A DNA stretch of 64,000 nucleotides from an uncultured Clostridia bacterium (lineage in GTDB: Bacteria; Acidobacteriota; Aminicenantia; UBA2199): positions 1,898-65,897 of the forward strand of contig CAZWFY010000008.1 of assembly GCA_964633415.1 (NCBI GenBank). The letters run 5' to 3'. Shown piece by piece: positions 39,753 to 50,259 of this stretch. The notes under the pieces were generated by a model. The model saw nothing but the letters and a program-made list of their open reading frames with translations. It searched no databases and had not been told where the DNA came from. Position numbers and translations under genes: made by a program. Within the stretch, counting starts at the first letter, position 1; each line of letters begins with the position of its first letter.

Positions 39753-40931
39753 CTACTTTTTTTTCTTTAAAAAATGTTTTTCCCAAATCCTAAGCCATGC
39801 ACAGGATTGGAAGATTGAAGAGTATGTACCAATAACGATCCCGACAAGTAATGTAAACGAAAATGCATGTATAACTTCACCACCGAGAAAAAAGAGAGCG
39901 AGAACCGTTAACAGTGTTGTTCCCGAAGTAACGATAGTTCTGCTCAACGTCTGATTAATGCTTCTGTCGAGAATAGCTTCGGCATTATCTCTTCTCATCA
40001 ATTTTAAATTATCTCTTACCCTGTCAAAAATAACAATAGTATCATTCAATGAATATCCGACTATCGTAAGAATAGCCGCAATAACCGTAAGAGTCACCTC
40101 TACATTAAAAAACAGAATGAAAGAGAGAGTGACAAGAACATCGTGTAAAAGGGTAACAACTGCAGCTATACCGAATATAAAACGAAATCTGAAACCGATA
40201 TAAAGAAGCATTCCTATCATTGCCCATACCGTCGCAAGTGTCGCCTGTTGCCTCAACTTACGTCCGACCTGAGATCCTACATAATCATTACTTAAGAAAG
40301 TGAAATTTCCGAAAAATGCTTTTTCCTTGAGAATAGATATCACTCTCTTTTTCAGATCAAGCTGTTCGATTTCCGCTATTCCGTCTATCAACCCTTTTGA
40401 TTTCTCTTTTTTCAGCTTATCTATCTTTTCCGCACTATCGGCAGCGATATCATGAGAAATCCCGTTGGAAGCAAGAAAATCGGTAATTCTTTTTTTTGCA
40501 CTATTATTAATATCTATTTTCCCCTGAGAAAGATATCCCCTCTCTTCATCCGTCATAAAGATATCTTTTATTCTATTTGTTATTTCTTCATGCAAATTGG
40601 CATCTTTAAGTCTGCTTGCCTTTTCGTTGCTTACATTTTTATCCAGACTCTGTTCGGTTTTTATAAAGAATTTATTTCCGGTATTACCGACACGTGTTAT
40701 CTCCGATTTTGAAAGTCCGATCTTTTTCATCATAGATCTGATCTCACCGACAGATATGTTCTTCATAAAACTGACCTCTACCATCGTACCACCGGTAAAA
40801 TCTATTCCCAGATTAAATCCTTTTGAATAAAATGAATAAAAGCCGGCAAGAATAATTAATCCCGATAAAAGAAAGGCAATATACCTTTTCTTCATAAATT
40901 TAAATTTAGGTTCATTTTTAAAAATTTTCAT
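39753..40931 (-). CDS. secF: Protein translocase subunit SecF (extended periplasmic domain)
   Basis: 392 aa. Conserved TM bundle GLDFTGG. Follows secD. Confidence 0.85.
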   Translation of the reverse strand: MKIFKNEPKFKFMKKRYIAFLLSGLIILAGFYSFYSKGFNLGIDFTGGTMVEVSFMKNISVGEIRSMMKKIGLSKSEITRVGNTGNKFFIKTEQSLDKNVSNEKASRLKDANLHEEITNRIKDIFMTDEERGYLSQGKIDINNSAKKRITDFLASNGISHDIAADSAEKIDKLKKEKSKGLIDGIAEIEQLDLKKRVISILKEKAFFGNFTFLSNDYVGSQVGRKLRQQATLATVWAMIGMLLYIGFRFRFIFGIAAVVTLLHDVLVTLSFILFFNVEVTLTVIAAILTIVGYSLNDTIVIFDRVRDNLKLMRRDNAEAILDRSINQTLSRTIVTSGTTLLTVLALFFLGGEVIHAFSFTLLVGIVIGTYSSIFQSCAWLRIWEKHFLKKKK

Positions 40932-40946
40932 TGTTAAGCTCCAATC

Positions 40947-42494
40947 CTAAATGCTTATTTTTTTGATCTTTCTTCCGGCATATACTAAGTCAAAGATCAC
41001 TCTGGAAACAAATACAGCCGTAAACATAGATGCAACGATACCTATCATTAATGTTACCGAAAATCCCTGTATGGCTCCAGTTCCAAACTGGAAGAGAAAA
41101 ATTGCTGCAATAATGGTTGTAAGGTTGGCATCAAAAATAGTCACAAAAGCCTTTTTAAATCCGGAATCAATAGCAGATCTCGGAGATTTCCCGGCTCTGA
41201 GATCCTCTTTAATTCTCTCAAATATCAGAACATTTGCATCAACAGACATACCGATCGTCAAAATTATTCCCGCAATACCCGGTACGGTCAGTGTGGCTTT
41301 GAAATATGCCATTACACCCATAAGAATAATGAGGTTAAAAATAAGAGCAATAACCGAATTAATTCCCGCACCTTTATAATAGACAAGCATAAATAGCATA
41401 ACAAAAATCAGACCAACGATAGAAGCATATATTCCCTTCCTGATGGAGTCGGCTCCGAGTGACGGACCTATGGTTCTTTCCTGAAGATATTTCAGAGGTG
41501 CCGGAAGTGCACCCGAACGAAGCATAAGAGCCATATCCTTTACTTCCTGATTTGTAAAGGTTCCCGTTATCTGATTGTCATATGATAGGACACCATCAAT
41601 TCTCGGTGCACTTTCAACTCTGTCGTCAAGAACAACAGCCATTCTTTTCCCGATATTTGCCGCAGAAAACTTTCTTATTTTACTTGCTCCTTGAGAATTC
41701 AAAGTAAAACTAACAGCCGGAGCACCATAACTGTCCTGTCCTCTTCTTGCCGTTTTCAGATCTTTTCCCGTTATAACAGAAGCACTCTTTAATAAATAAT
41801 ATCCCTTGTCCATCTTTCTGGCATTTGTTTTATATATTTTCACACCGTCGGGAAGTATGCCGCCATATTCTTTCAAAGCATCCTCTTCGGTATTGAAAGG
41901 ACCGCCTACAACCGCTTTAAACTCAAGCATTGCCGTATTTTTTATAAGACTCTTAACTCTTCCGGGATCATCAACTCCGGGTAGCTGTACAAGAATTTTA
42001 TCTCCTCCACCTATTCCGACCTTCTGGATAGCGGCATTAGCCACACCATATTCATCAACTCTGTTTCTGATGGTTTCTATAGCCTGATCTATCGAGAGAT
42101 CTTTCATTCTCATCTCTACATTCGGAATAAGGGTTAAAGATATCTGGGTTCCTGCGAAAACATATTGCCAATCTTTAAATTCATCATCGAGAATATCTTT
42201 TATTTTTCTCTCATCGTCAAAAATAGTTCCGTAAATCTCCATTTTATTCGTTCCGACCTTTTTGATCCTCTCAAATTTAATGCTTGACTCTTTTAAAAGA
42301 TTTTTCAGCTGTTCAATCCCCTGATCGGTCTGTATATCAATAGCTTTATCTGTCATTACTTCAAGAACCAGATGCATACCGCCTTTCAGATCAAGTCCGA
42401 GATTTACTTTCTTGGAAGGCGGATAAAACATCAGGACCGACCCTCCGATAACAATTAGAATGAGAATGACCTTCCACATTAAAGCTTTATTCAT
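40947..42494 (-). CDS. secD: Protein translocase subunit SecD
   Basis: 515 aa, SecD family. Confidence 0.9.
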   Translation of the reverse strand: MNKALMWKVILILIVIGGSVLMFYPPSKKVNLGLDLKGGMHLVLEVMTDKAIDIQTDQGIEQLKNLLKESSIKFERIKKVGTNKMEIYGTIFDDERKIKDILDDEFKDWQYVFAGTQISLTLIPNVEMRMKDLSIDQAIETIRNRVDEYGVANAAIQKVGIGGGDKILVQLPGVDDPGRVKSLIKNTAMLEFKAVVGGPFNTEEDALKEYGGILPDGVKIYKTNARKMDKGYYLLKSASVITGKDLKTARRGQDSYGAPAVSFTLNSQGASKIRKFSAANIGKRMAVVLDDRVESAPRIDGVLSYDNQITGTFTNQEVKDMALMLRSGALPAPLKYLQERTIGPSLGADSIRKGIYASIVGLIFVMLFMLVYYKGAGINSVIALIFNLIILMGVMAYFKATLTVPGIAGIILTIGMSVDANVLIFERIKEDLRAGKSPRSAIDSGFKKAFVTIFDANLTTIIAAIFLFQFGTGAIQGFSVTLMIGIVASMFTAVFVSRVIFDLVYAGRKIKKISI

Positions 42495-42543
42495 TTTATC
42501 CTCCGGTATAAGAAATTATTCATAAACTGATTACAGAGATAAT

Positions 42544-42873
42544 TTACTTGGATTTTATCTCTGCAGTTCCAGGTTGAACAACGGTAGAGATTGAACTTTT
42601 AGCAATCTGGATCTTTGTGTTTTTATCAACTTCAACCTCAACTCTGTCATCCATAACCCTCGTTACAGTCCCGAAAATACCACCTGCAGTTACGACTCTT
42701 TCACCACCTTTTAAGGACTCAACGAGTGATTGGTGCTGTTTCTGTTTTTTCTTAGACGGCATTATGATAAGAAAGTAAAATATGACAAAAATTATTATAA
42801 AAGGTATAAGCGCACTCAGCATACTCGGTTGTGCAACGGCACCTCCTGTTGGTTCGGCTCCATATAATAGCAT
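42544..42873 (-). CDS. yajC: Preprotein translocase subunit YajC
   Basis: 109 aa. One TM segment and a GGIFGTV motif. Sits between tgt and secD. Confidence 0.8.
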   Translation of the reverse strand: MLLYGAEPTGGAVAQPSMLSALIPFIIIFVIFYFLIIMPSKKKQKQHQSLVESLKGGERVVTAGGIFGTVTRVMDDRVEVEVDKNTKIQIAKSSISTVVQPGTAEIKSK

Positions 42874-42875
42874 CG

Positions 42876-43997
<1,122 letters not shown>

Positions 43998-44004
43998 TCA
44001 TCTT

Positions 44005-44838
44005 CTATTTTTTAACTTTTTCCAGAAGTTTCTTATATTCATCGGCATATTTGCTTTTCGGAAATTCTTTCAGAAATTCTTCTAAAAGTGTGACCGTCAA
44101 CTTTTTGTCATTAAGTTTCCGCGAGTATTCGGCAGCAGCCCCAAGACCGTTCTCAGCATCTTTCGATTTTGGAAATATCTTTCTGATCGAGGTCAATATT
44201 TCAATTGACCTCCTGTATTTTTTCCATTTATAGTAAATATAACCCTTCATAAACAGTGCTTTCGACGCCTTCCCTTTCATATTATCGAAATCCATCTTTA
44301 TAATTTTATCAAGCAATTCGAGTGCTTTCGGATAAAAAGCTCTTGAAGTATATTTATTTACTATCTTATTTATAAGATCAATATTTTTATCGTCCTTTTT
44401 ATACTTTTCAAGAAGATATTTCAATGTCCCGATCCCTTTTCTTAGATCGGAAACATCTTTAATAAATCTATCCGGAGCAAGATATCCGAGAATCCTTGCA
44501 ATTTCATCACCTTTCTCATTGAAGAGTATTAAAGTAGGATATGAATATACTTTAAAATGTGCTTCAGCTTCTCTATCTTTTTCAGGGTTTACCCTTATCA
44601 GGATAAATCTGTTTTTCTTAAAATAATCCAAAACTTTTTTATCTTTAAAAGTTACTTCGGATAGTTTTTTACAAGGCGGACACCAGTCGGTATAAAAATC
44701 CATAAGGATCGGTTTCTTCAGCTTTTCACTCTCTTTAACAGCCGATTTCCAGTCGCTGCTCCAATTTTCCGATGAAAAAAGAACAGCATTTGTAAAAAAA
44801 ATCGATAAGATTATGATTATTCCTTTTAATAATTTCAT
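44005..44838 (-). CDS. Secreted thioredoxin-fold protein (WCPPC) with C-terminal TPR-like repeats
   Basis: Signal peptide, CxxC active site, helical repeat C-terminus. Confidence 0.65.
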   Translation of the reverse strand: MKLLKGIIIILSIFFTNAVLFSSENWSSDWKSAVKESEKLKKPILMDFYTDWCPPCKKLSEVTFKDKKVLDYFKKNRFILIRVNPEKDREAEAHFKVYSYPTLILFNEKGDEIARILGYLAPDRFIKDVSDLRKGIGTLKYLLEKYKKDDKNIDLINKIVNKYTSRAFYPKALELLDKIIKMDFDNMKGKASKALFMKGYIYYKWKKYRRSIEILTSIRKIFPKSKDAENGLGAAAEYSRKLNDKKLTVTLLEEFLKEFPKSKYADEYKKLLEKVKK

Positions 44839-45467
44839 TTCTGTTTTCCTCCTTTTAGAATCAACAAAAAGATCTGATCCGATACCATCTCTTTCCCCTG
44901 AATAATTCCTGATCCGGATATATATTCTCCGCCGGATATAGATCCCGGGAAAACCATTTCAAATGATATTTCCGGATAAACCTCTCTATATGAAAGAGTA
45001 AGCAGCAAAAGTGCATTCTTGGCTATCGCATACGGAAGAACCTTTTTATACGCTTTGGAAATCCCTGCATGTTCAAATCCTACATTTACAACTGAGATCA
45101 ATTTCCCTGTCCCGATAAGAAGATCCGTTATCTCTTTTGAAACTATCACATTATGGTGAAAATCATGAATAAGATCCTCCGAAGTAATATTTTCCGTATC
45201 TTTATATGTGATCGGACCATAATTGTTTACAAGAAAATTACACTCATTAAGCAATTCACGATAATCCTCTCCAAACGTTCTCAATCCCTTTAATGTTGAA
45301 AAATCACCGTACAGCCATTCACACCCTTCAATCTCTTCCGGTTTGCGGCTGTAATAGTGTCCGAACACTTGAAAGCCCTCTTTTAAAAACTTTTTAACAA
45401 TCGACTTCCCGAGAAGACCCGAAGCACCGGTAATAAGAACACTCTTTTTTTCTCCGCTTTTATTCAT
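44835..45467 (-). CDS. Short-chain dehydrogenase/reductase-family NAD(P)-binding protein (atypical, 210 aa)
   Basis: TGASGLLG Rossmann motif and a YxxxK (YAIAK) catalytic motif. Confidence 0.55.
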   Translation of the reverse strand: MNKSGEKKSVLITGASGLLGKSIVKKFLKEGFQVFGHYYSRKPEEIEGCEWLYGDFSTLKGLRTFGEDYRELLNECNFLVNNYGPITYKDTENITSEDLIHDFHHNVIVSKEITDLLIGTGKLISVVNVGFEHAGISKAYKKVLPYAIAKNALLLLTLSYREVYPEISFEMVFPGSISGGEYISGSGIIQGKEMVSDQIFLLILKGGKQK

Positions 45468-45486
45468 ATCGGATTACCATTCCATA

Positions 45487-46398
45487 TCAGATCAATCCTG
45501 AATTTATTTTATAAAGATGAAGAGTATTATACATAAGCATTGCCACTGTCATCGGACCCACTCCACCGGGAACAGGTGTATAATAACCCGACTTTTTAAA
45601 AGCATCCGGATGAATATCACCCGTTATTCCATATCCTTTTTTTTTGAATCTGACTTTCTGATCCTCGGTACAGTATTCGGCAACATCCTCCTCTTTATCA
45701 AGATAATTTATACCTACATCTATTAAGACAGCTCCCTTTTTAACCATATCGCTTTTTACAAAACCGGGTTTTCCAACTCCCGCAACTACAAGATCCGCTA
45801 GGGAAATTATATCTGCGATATTCTTTGTCCTGGAATGACAAAGAGTTACCGTTGCATTCCTGTTGGTCAACATTGAAGCCATCGGTTTCCCTACAATAAA
45901 ACTCCTTCCTATCACAACACAGTTCATTCCCGTGACATCAATTTCATAATCATCCAGTATTCTCAAAACTCCGAAAGGTGTACACGGAAAGATTTTTCTT
46001 CGCCCGAGCATCAACATGCCGAGATTCTTCGGGTGGAAACCGTCAACATCTTTTTTCGGATCTACGAGATCAAGAATATCCCATGAGTTAAATTTTTCAG
46101 GAAGCGGCAGCTGAATAAGTATACCGTCGATCTTCGGATCATTATTAAGAGAAACGATTTTCTTCCTTAGCTCATCTTCGGAAATATCTTTGTCATATCT
46201 GATCACCTCCGAATATATTCCCACTTTTTTTGCTTTTCTATCTTTTGTTCTGACATAAATTTTTGATGCAGGATCTTCACCTACAATAACGACAGCCAAA
46301 CCGGGAGTCCGAAGATTCTTCTCTTTCAATATAGATATCTCTCTTTCAACCTCATCAAATACACTTTCAGCAGATTTTTTTCCATCAAGTATCTTCAT
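45487..46398 (-). CDS. folD: Bifunctional methylenetetrahydrofolate dehydrogenase/methenyl-THF cyclohydrolase
   Basis: FolD family. Start chosen at MKILDGKK by homology; the supplied ORF has 11 extra codons. Confidence 0.85.
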   Translation of the reverse strand: MKILDGKKSAESVFDEVEREISILKEKNLRTPGLAVVIVGEDPASKIYVRTKDRKAKKVGIYSEVIRYDKDISEDELRKKIVSLNNDPKIDGILIQLPLPEKFNSWDILDLVDPKKDVDGFHPKNLGMLMLGRRKIFPCTPFGVLRILDDYEIDVTGMNCVVIGRSFIVGKPMASMLTNRNATVTLCHSRTKNIADIISLADLVVAGVGKPGFVKSDMVKKGAVLIDVGINYLDKEEDVAEYCTEDQKVRFKKKGYGITGDIHPDAFKKSGYYTPVPGGVGPMTVAMLMYNTLHLYKINSGLI

Positions 46399-46644
46399 AT
46401 TATCCTCCGGAACGGAATTAAATTTAATCAAAAATTATAGCACGCACCTCCTCAATAAAAAAATGACCTTTTAAAAATTTGAGTTTTTTTTAATAAATCA
46501 TATTTTTTCGAACCCGGGTTTCCATCTTATGAAAGAAGAATATTTATAGGAATACGCCCTATTTTACATTAATATATTTTACTTATAGGAAAAATACGGA
46601 AACAATGGTTTTACCGTAAATGGAAAAGATGAATTAATATACTT

Positions 46645-47163
46645 TTAATAATACCTATATTCGGTTATCACCCAGCATCCATCCGCATTTTTTTTAAATA
46701 TCCAGGTGTCTTTCAACTCCGTATTATTATATTCCACAGGATCCTCCCCTGTTTTAATATAAACACCTGAATTGGAGCTCGAAAAATAGGCTGTATCTTC
46801 CGTAATTCCCTTTCCGAATGTTTTAATATCAAAATTTTTTGCTCCCGTAAAATCATAATCTCTAAATAACTCCTTATAATGAGAAACAGCATCATTCCAC
46901 TCTGTTCCATCTCTTTCATTGACAATATGAGCCTTTGGAGCAAAAATTGCTCTGATAACAGACATATTCTCATTGTTAGCAGCTTCGGCTTCCGCTTTAA
47001 TCATCGTGGTGATTGTAACTAAATCAGTATCACTCTGATATGGACATTTGTCGGGACCCGGTTCTATACAAGCATTCATTCCCAGAAGAAATATAGTTAA
47101 AGCAGTAATTAGAAGAAAACTTCCCGAAAAAGCTAACAAATTTTTAATACCTTTTAAATTCAT
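46645..47163 (-). CDS. Lipoprotein, NTF2/SnoaL-like fold (DUF4440-like)
   Basis: Lipobox LGMNAC and a 150-aa alpha+beta domain. Functional assignment is weak. Confidence 0.4.
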   Translation of the reverse strand: MNLKGIKNLLAFSGSFLLITALTIFLLGMNACIEPGPDKCPYQSDTDLVTITTMIKAEAEAANNENMSVIRAIFAPKAHIVNERDGTEWNDAVSHYKELFRDYDFTGAKNFDIKTFGKGITEDTAYFSSSNSGVYIKTGEDPVEYNNTELKDTWIFKKNADGCWVITEYRYY

Positions 47164-47342
47164 CTCTCACCCTCCATCTTCATATGTTCCAAATTATTAT
47201 TTATATTAAATTCTAACAAAAATCTTTACAGAATTCCAAAACTTTGAGAATTTTTCCAATATATCATAAAACCGGAAACTACTTTTAAGGAAACATATTA
47301 AAGATTAAAAAAATTTTTTTTATAAAAATATATAAAATAAAT

Positions 47343-47371
47343 TTGACCTTTAGGGATTTTTTTTCTATATT
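47343..47371 (+). promoter_or_regulatory. Sigma70-like promoter TTGACC-17-TATATT for the OMP gene
   Basis: Read from the sequence. Confidence 0.4.
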
Positions 47372-47422
47372 TGTAATTATTTCAACATTAACAATACTTT
47401 GCATGAAGTATCAGGAGGAATA

Positions 47423-47989
47423 GTGAAGAGAACAATTATATTAATCTTAGTTTTAACAATGGTTATTTCAACATCTGTCTTTGCAACCGATAGTAACAAA
47501 AAAATGTTTGTTGAGTTACAGGGGAATTCTATGTTTCCTTCGGATGGAAACTTTAAAACAATATACGGTTCTTCAGCACTTTACATCAGAGGTAAAGCCG
47601 GATACAAATTCATTAAAGATTTTTATCTCTTTTTCGGATGCGGACTTCTTCACAAGACAGGCAAAACACCACTTTTAAAAGCCGAAGCGACATCAGATCA
47701 AAAGATCTGTATTTTCGGTGCAGGTTACGAAGGAACCGTTTCCGGGAAATTGGGATATCGTCTTGAGGCGGGAGGTTCTAATTTTTCATATAAAGAAGAA
47801 GCTCTTGACAAATCTGTAAGCAGCAGCAAACTCGGTATAATGTTAAACGGCAGTATCGTATACGACTTCAACTCTACCATATTCACCGCTCTGTCTCTCG
47901 GTTATTTCGGAGCCTCTGATACTATTAATAACGTGGACATTAAACTCGGAGGATTAAACATTGCATTCGGATTCGGAATAAGAATCTGA
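47423..47989 (+). CDS. Small outer-membrane beta-barrel protein (OmpA/OmpW-like 8-strand barrel)
   Basis: GTG start after an AGGAGG RBS. Signal peptide. Alternating amphipathic strands and a GFGIRI C-terminus. Confidence 0.6.
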   Translation: MKRTIILILVLTMVISTSVFATDSNKKMFVELQGNSMFPSDGNFKTIYGSSALYIRGKAGYKFIKDFYLFFGCGLLHKTGKTPLLKAEATSDQKICIFGAGYEGTVSGKLGYRLEAGGSNFSYKEEALDKSVSSSKLGIMLNGSIVYDFNSTIFTALSLGYFGASDTINNVDIKLGGLNIAFGFGIRI

Positions 47990-48160
47990 TTGATATTCTC
48001 CTTTAATTAAAATCTAATTAATAATCGGTTGGTTTTACTTTTTTATATAGTAAAAACCAAATTATCAAACGAAAAAATTATGATTGTAAAAAACTGCAAT
48101 CTTCACGGTTACTGGACGGAAGAGAAAAAGTTATAAAATTTTAGAAAAAGAAGTTAAGAT

Positions 48161-48188
48161 TTGACATTTAAAAAAAATGTTATATAAT
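48161..48188 (+). promoter_or_regulatory. Sigma70 promoter TTGACA-16-TATAAT of the perR-prx operon
   Basis: Near-consensus hexamers. Confidence 0.55.
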
Positions 48189-48212
48189 AATAATCGGAAT
48201 GATTATTAATAA
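48185..48212 (+). promoter_or_regulatory. Inverted repeat TAATAATC-ggaat-GATTATTA (extended about 12-5-12): putative Fur-family (PerR) operator overlapping the -10 and start
   Basis: Perfect 8-5-8 inverted repeat read from the sequence. Related 12-mer TAATAATAATCG recurs at 48625..48636 upstream of prx. Confidence 0.5.
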
Positions 48213-48609
48213 CGATTCTATGAAATTCAGAAGAAGCCTTCAAAGAGAAAAAATTTACAACCTTCTCAGATCAACTACAACTCACCCGACTGCAGATTGG
48301 ATATACGGGAAATTAAAAAGCGAATTTCCTAAACTAAGCCAGGGAACTGTTTACCGGAATCTTTCAATTCTACTTAATCAGAAAAAGATAAAAAAAATAA
48401 GGAATGGAAGTACGTTTGACCGGTATGAGGCAAATATGTCTCTTCATTACCATATGATATGCAAAAATTGCGGAAGTATTACAGACATTGATATACCGAA
48501 CTGTAAAGATGTAGTTGAAAACACTCAAAAGTTTACAAATTTTTCTATCGAAAGCTTTCAAATTGAATTCTATGGAATTTGTGAAAATTGTCAGAAAAAA
48601 AAAGTTTAA
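48199..48609 (+). CDS. perR: Fur-family transcriptional regulator (PerR-like peroxide sensor)
   Basis: 136 aa. Winged-helix N-domain. HxH plus two CxxC (CKNCG, CENCQ) for structural Zn. Adjacent peroxiredoxin. Confidence 0.75.
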   Translation: MIINNDSMKFRRSLQREKIYNLLRSTTTHPTADWIYGKLKSEFPKLSQGTVYRNLSILLNQKKIKKIRNGSTFDRYEANMSLHYHMICKNCGSITDIDIPNCKDVVENTQKFTNFSIESFQIEFYGICENCQKKKV

Positions 48610-48662
48610 AAAAAATTTTCCCACTAATAATAATCGTTCCGAATTTAAACAAGGAGAATATA

Positions 48663-49313
48663 ATGGAAGAAAAAGAATTTAACATGCCTTTACTTGGAGA
48701 TCCTTTTCCGGAGATAGAGGTTCAGACAACACACGGTCCAATGAACATACCCGGGGATCTTAAGGGGAAATGGTTTGTTTTGTTTAGCCATCCCGCTGAT
48801 TTCACACCCGTATGTACAACGGAATTTGTTGCTTTTCAGAAAAGATTTGATCAGTTCCAAGAACTCGGTGCCGAATTAATCGGAATGTCTGTTGATCAGG
48901 TTTTCTCTCATATCAAATGGGTTCAGTGGATCAAAGACGAATTGAATGTAGAGATCAAATTTCCGATAGTAGCTGCAAATGACCGGATTGCATCAAAACT
49001 TGGTATGCTGCATCCGGGGAAAGGTACAAACACGGTAAGAGCGGTATTCATAGTAGATCCCGAAAGCAAAGTAAGACTTGTAATTTACTATCCGCAGGAG
49101 ATCGGTAGAAATATGGATGAAGTTGTCAGAGCCCTTAAAGCTTTACAAATTTCAGATAAACAGGGAGCAGTTCCTGCCGGCTGGCCCAATAACGAATTGA
49201 TCAAAGACAGGATAATAGTTCCACCTGCTACAGATGAAAAAGCAGCGGAACAAAGACTAAAAGATTTTGAATGTTTTGACTGGTGGTTTTGTCATAAACC
49301 GCTGGAAAAATAG
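48663..49313 (+). CDS. Peroxiredoxin, 1-Cys/Prx6-type
   Basis: FTPVCTTE peroxidatic Cys motif. Start set at MEEKEF after an AAGGAG RBS. Confidence 0.85.
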   Translation: MEEKEFNMPLLGDPFPEIEVQTTHGPMNIPGDLKGKWFVLFSHPADFTPVCTTEFVAFQKRFDQFQELGAELIGMSVDQVFSHIKWVQWIKDELNVEIKFPIVAANDRIASKLGMLHPGKGTNTVRAVFIVDPESKVRLVIYYPQEIGRNMDEVVRALKALQISDKQGAVPAGWPNNELIKDRIIVPPATDEKAAEQRLKDFECFDWWFCHKPLEK

Positions 49314-49321
49314 CAGATTGA

Positions 49322-49356
49322 CCGGTGGGGATACAACTTGATTCTCCGCCGGTTTT
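49322..49356 (+). terminator. Possible hairpin (ACCGGTGG...CCGCCGGT) after prx with a weak T-tract
   Basis: Stem read from the sequence; poor U-run. Confidence 0.25.
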
Positions 49357-49479
49357 AATCCCGATCTATATAAGGTATAAATGTAAGAGCTATTTATTTT
49401 TTTAATAAATTTTATGAGATAAATACAGTTTAATTTTATATAATTATAAAGGCACTACTAAATCAAGGAGGAAATTGAC

Positions 49480-50205
49480 ATGAAAATTTTAAAGAATATA
49501 TTATTGTTTGCTGCAACTATTATATTCACAACATCATTTCTTCCGTATCAGCTTTCCGGAGAAACATCCGGTATAAAAACCTTTGACAAAATAAAGGTCG
49601 TCGGAACATCTCAATATCTGGGATATTTAAATGCATATCTCCATATTACAAAAAGGAGTACTCCGGCAGAAGGATTAAAGATGTATTTAAATAATCTTCT
49701 ACTTAATGAACTCGGAAGCGGTATCTACTCCAACGGAACACCTTTTCATTACGACATTTCGCCTGGTAAAATAATAACGGTTAAATATATTCCCCGGACT
49801 CCCTTAAATGACAGGACTTCCAAAAATAATAAACCCATAATCCTCGGAACATATAAGTTTACAAATTATATTCAATGGATATTTCCTCTTCCCTATTCCA
49901 CAATTTCTCCCACAAAAGGAATAGTACCTAAACGAACCGTGACATTTAAATGGAACTATACAGGGAAAATTCTTTTAACCAAAGTCACTCTGGAAAATTT
50001 TACGACTCACACCAAAATATTCAGTAAAACCGTAAAAGCCGAATCTATAGAAATTCCCTCTCTTCTTTTCAAAAAGGGAATAAAATATAGATTTGACCTT
50101 GAAGTTGTAGGACCAATGGGAAAATTCCAAATGACTAATGCAACGGCTTTTGGATCAAAAATAGTTTTTTATTACTGGGATCACCTATATTTTACGGTAA
50201 AATAA
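49480..50205 (+). CDS. Secreted hypothetical protein
   Basis: Signal peptide, beta-rich, no motif. Good GGAGG RBS. Confidence 0.5.
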   Translation: MKILKNILLFAATIIFTTSFLPYQLSGETSGIKTFDKIKVVGTSQYLGYLNAYLHITKRSTPAEGLKMYLNNLLLNELGSGIYSNGTPFHYDISPGKIITVKYIPRTPLNDRTSKNNKPIILGTYKFTNYIQWIFPLPYSTISPTKGIVPKRTVTFKWNYTGKILLTKVTLENFTTHTKIFSKTVKAESIEIPSLLFKKGIKYRFDLEVVGPMGKFQMTNATAFGSKIVFYYWDHLYFTVK

Positions 50206-50259
50206 ATTATTTCAATTTAGAAAAGCAGCAATATTTTCCTCTATCTTTTCAATGACCTT

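Noticed and set aside
46520-46535. Perfect 10-nt palindrome AACCCGGGTT in the folD upstream region
   Set aside because: It is too short to be distinctive, it occurs once, and the neighbouring gene has no matching half-sites.
48028-48060. Inverted repeat GGTTGGTTTTAC-(loop)-GTAAAAACCAA after the OMP gene
   Set aside because: The stem is AT-rich and there is no downstream T-tract on either strand. I cannot support it as a terminator. It may be a weak hairpin only.
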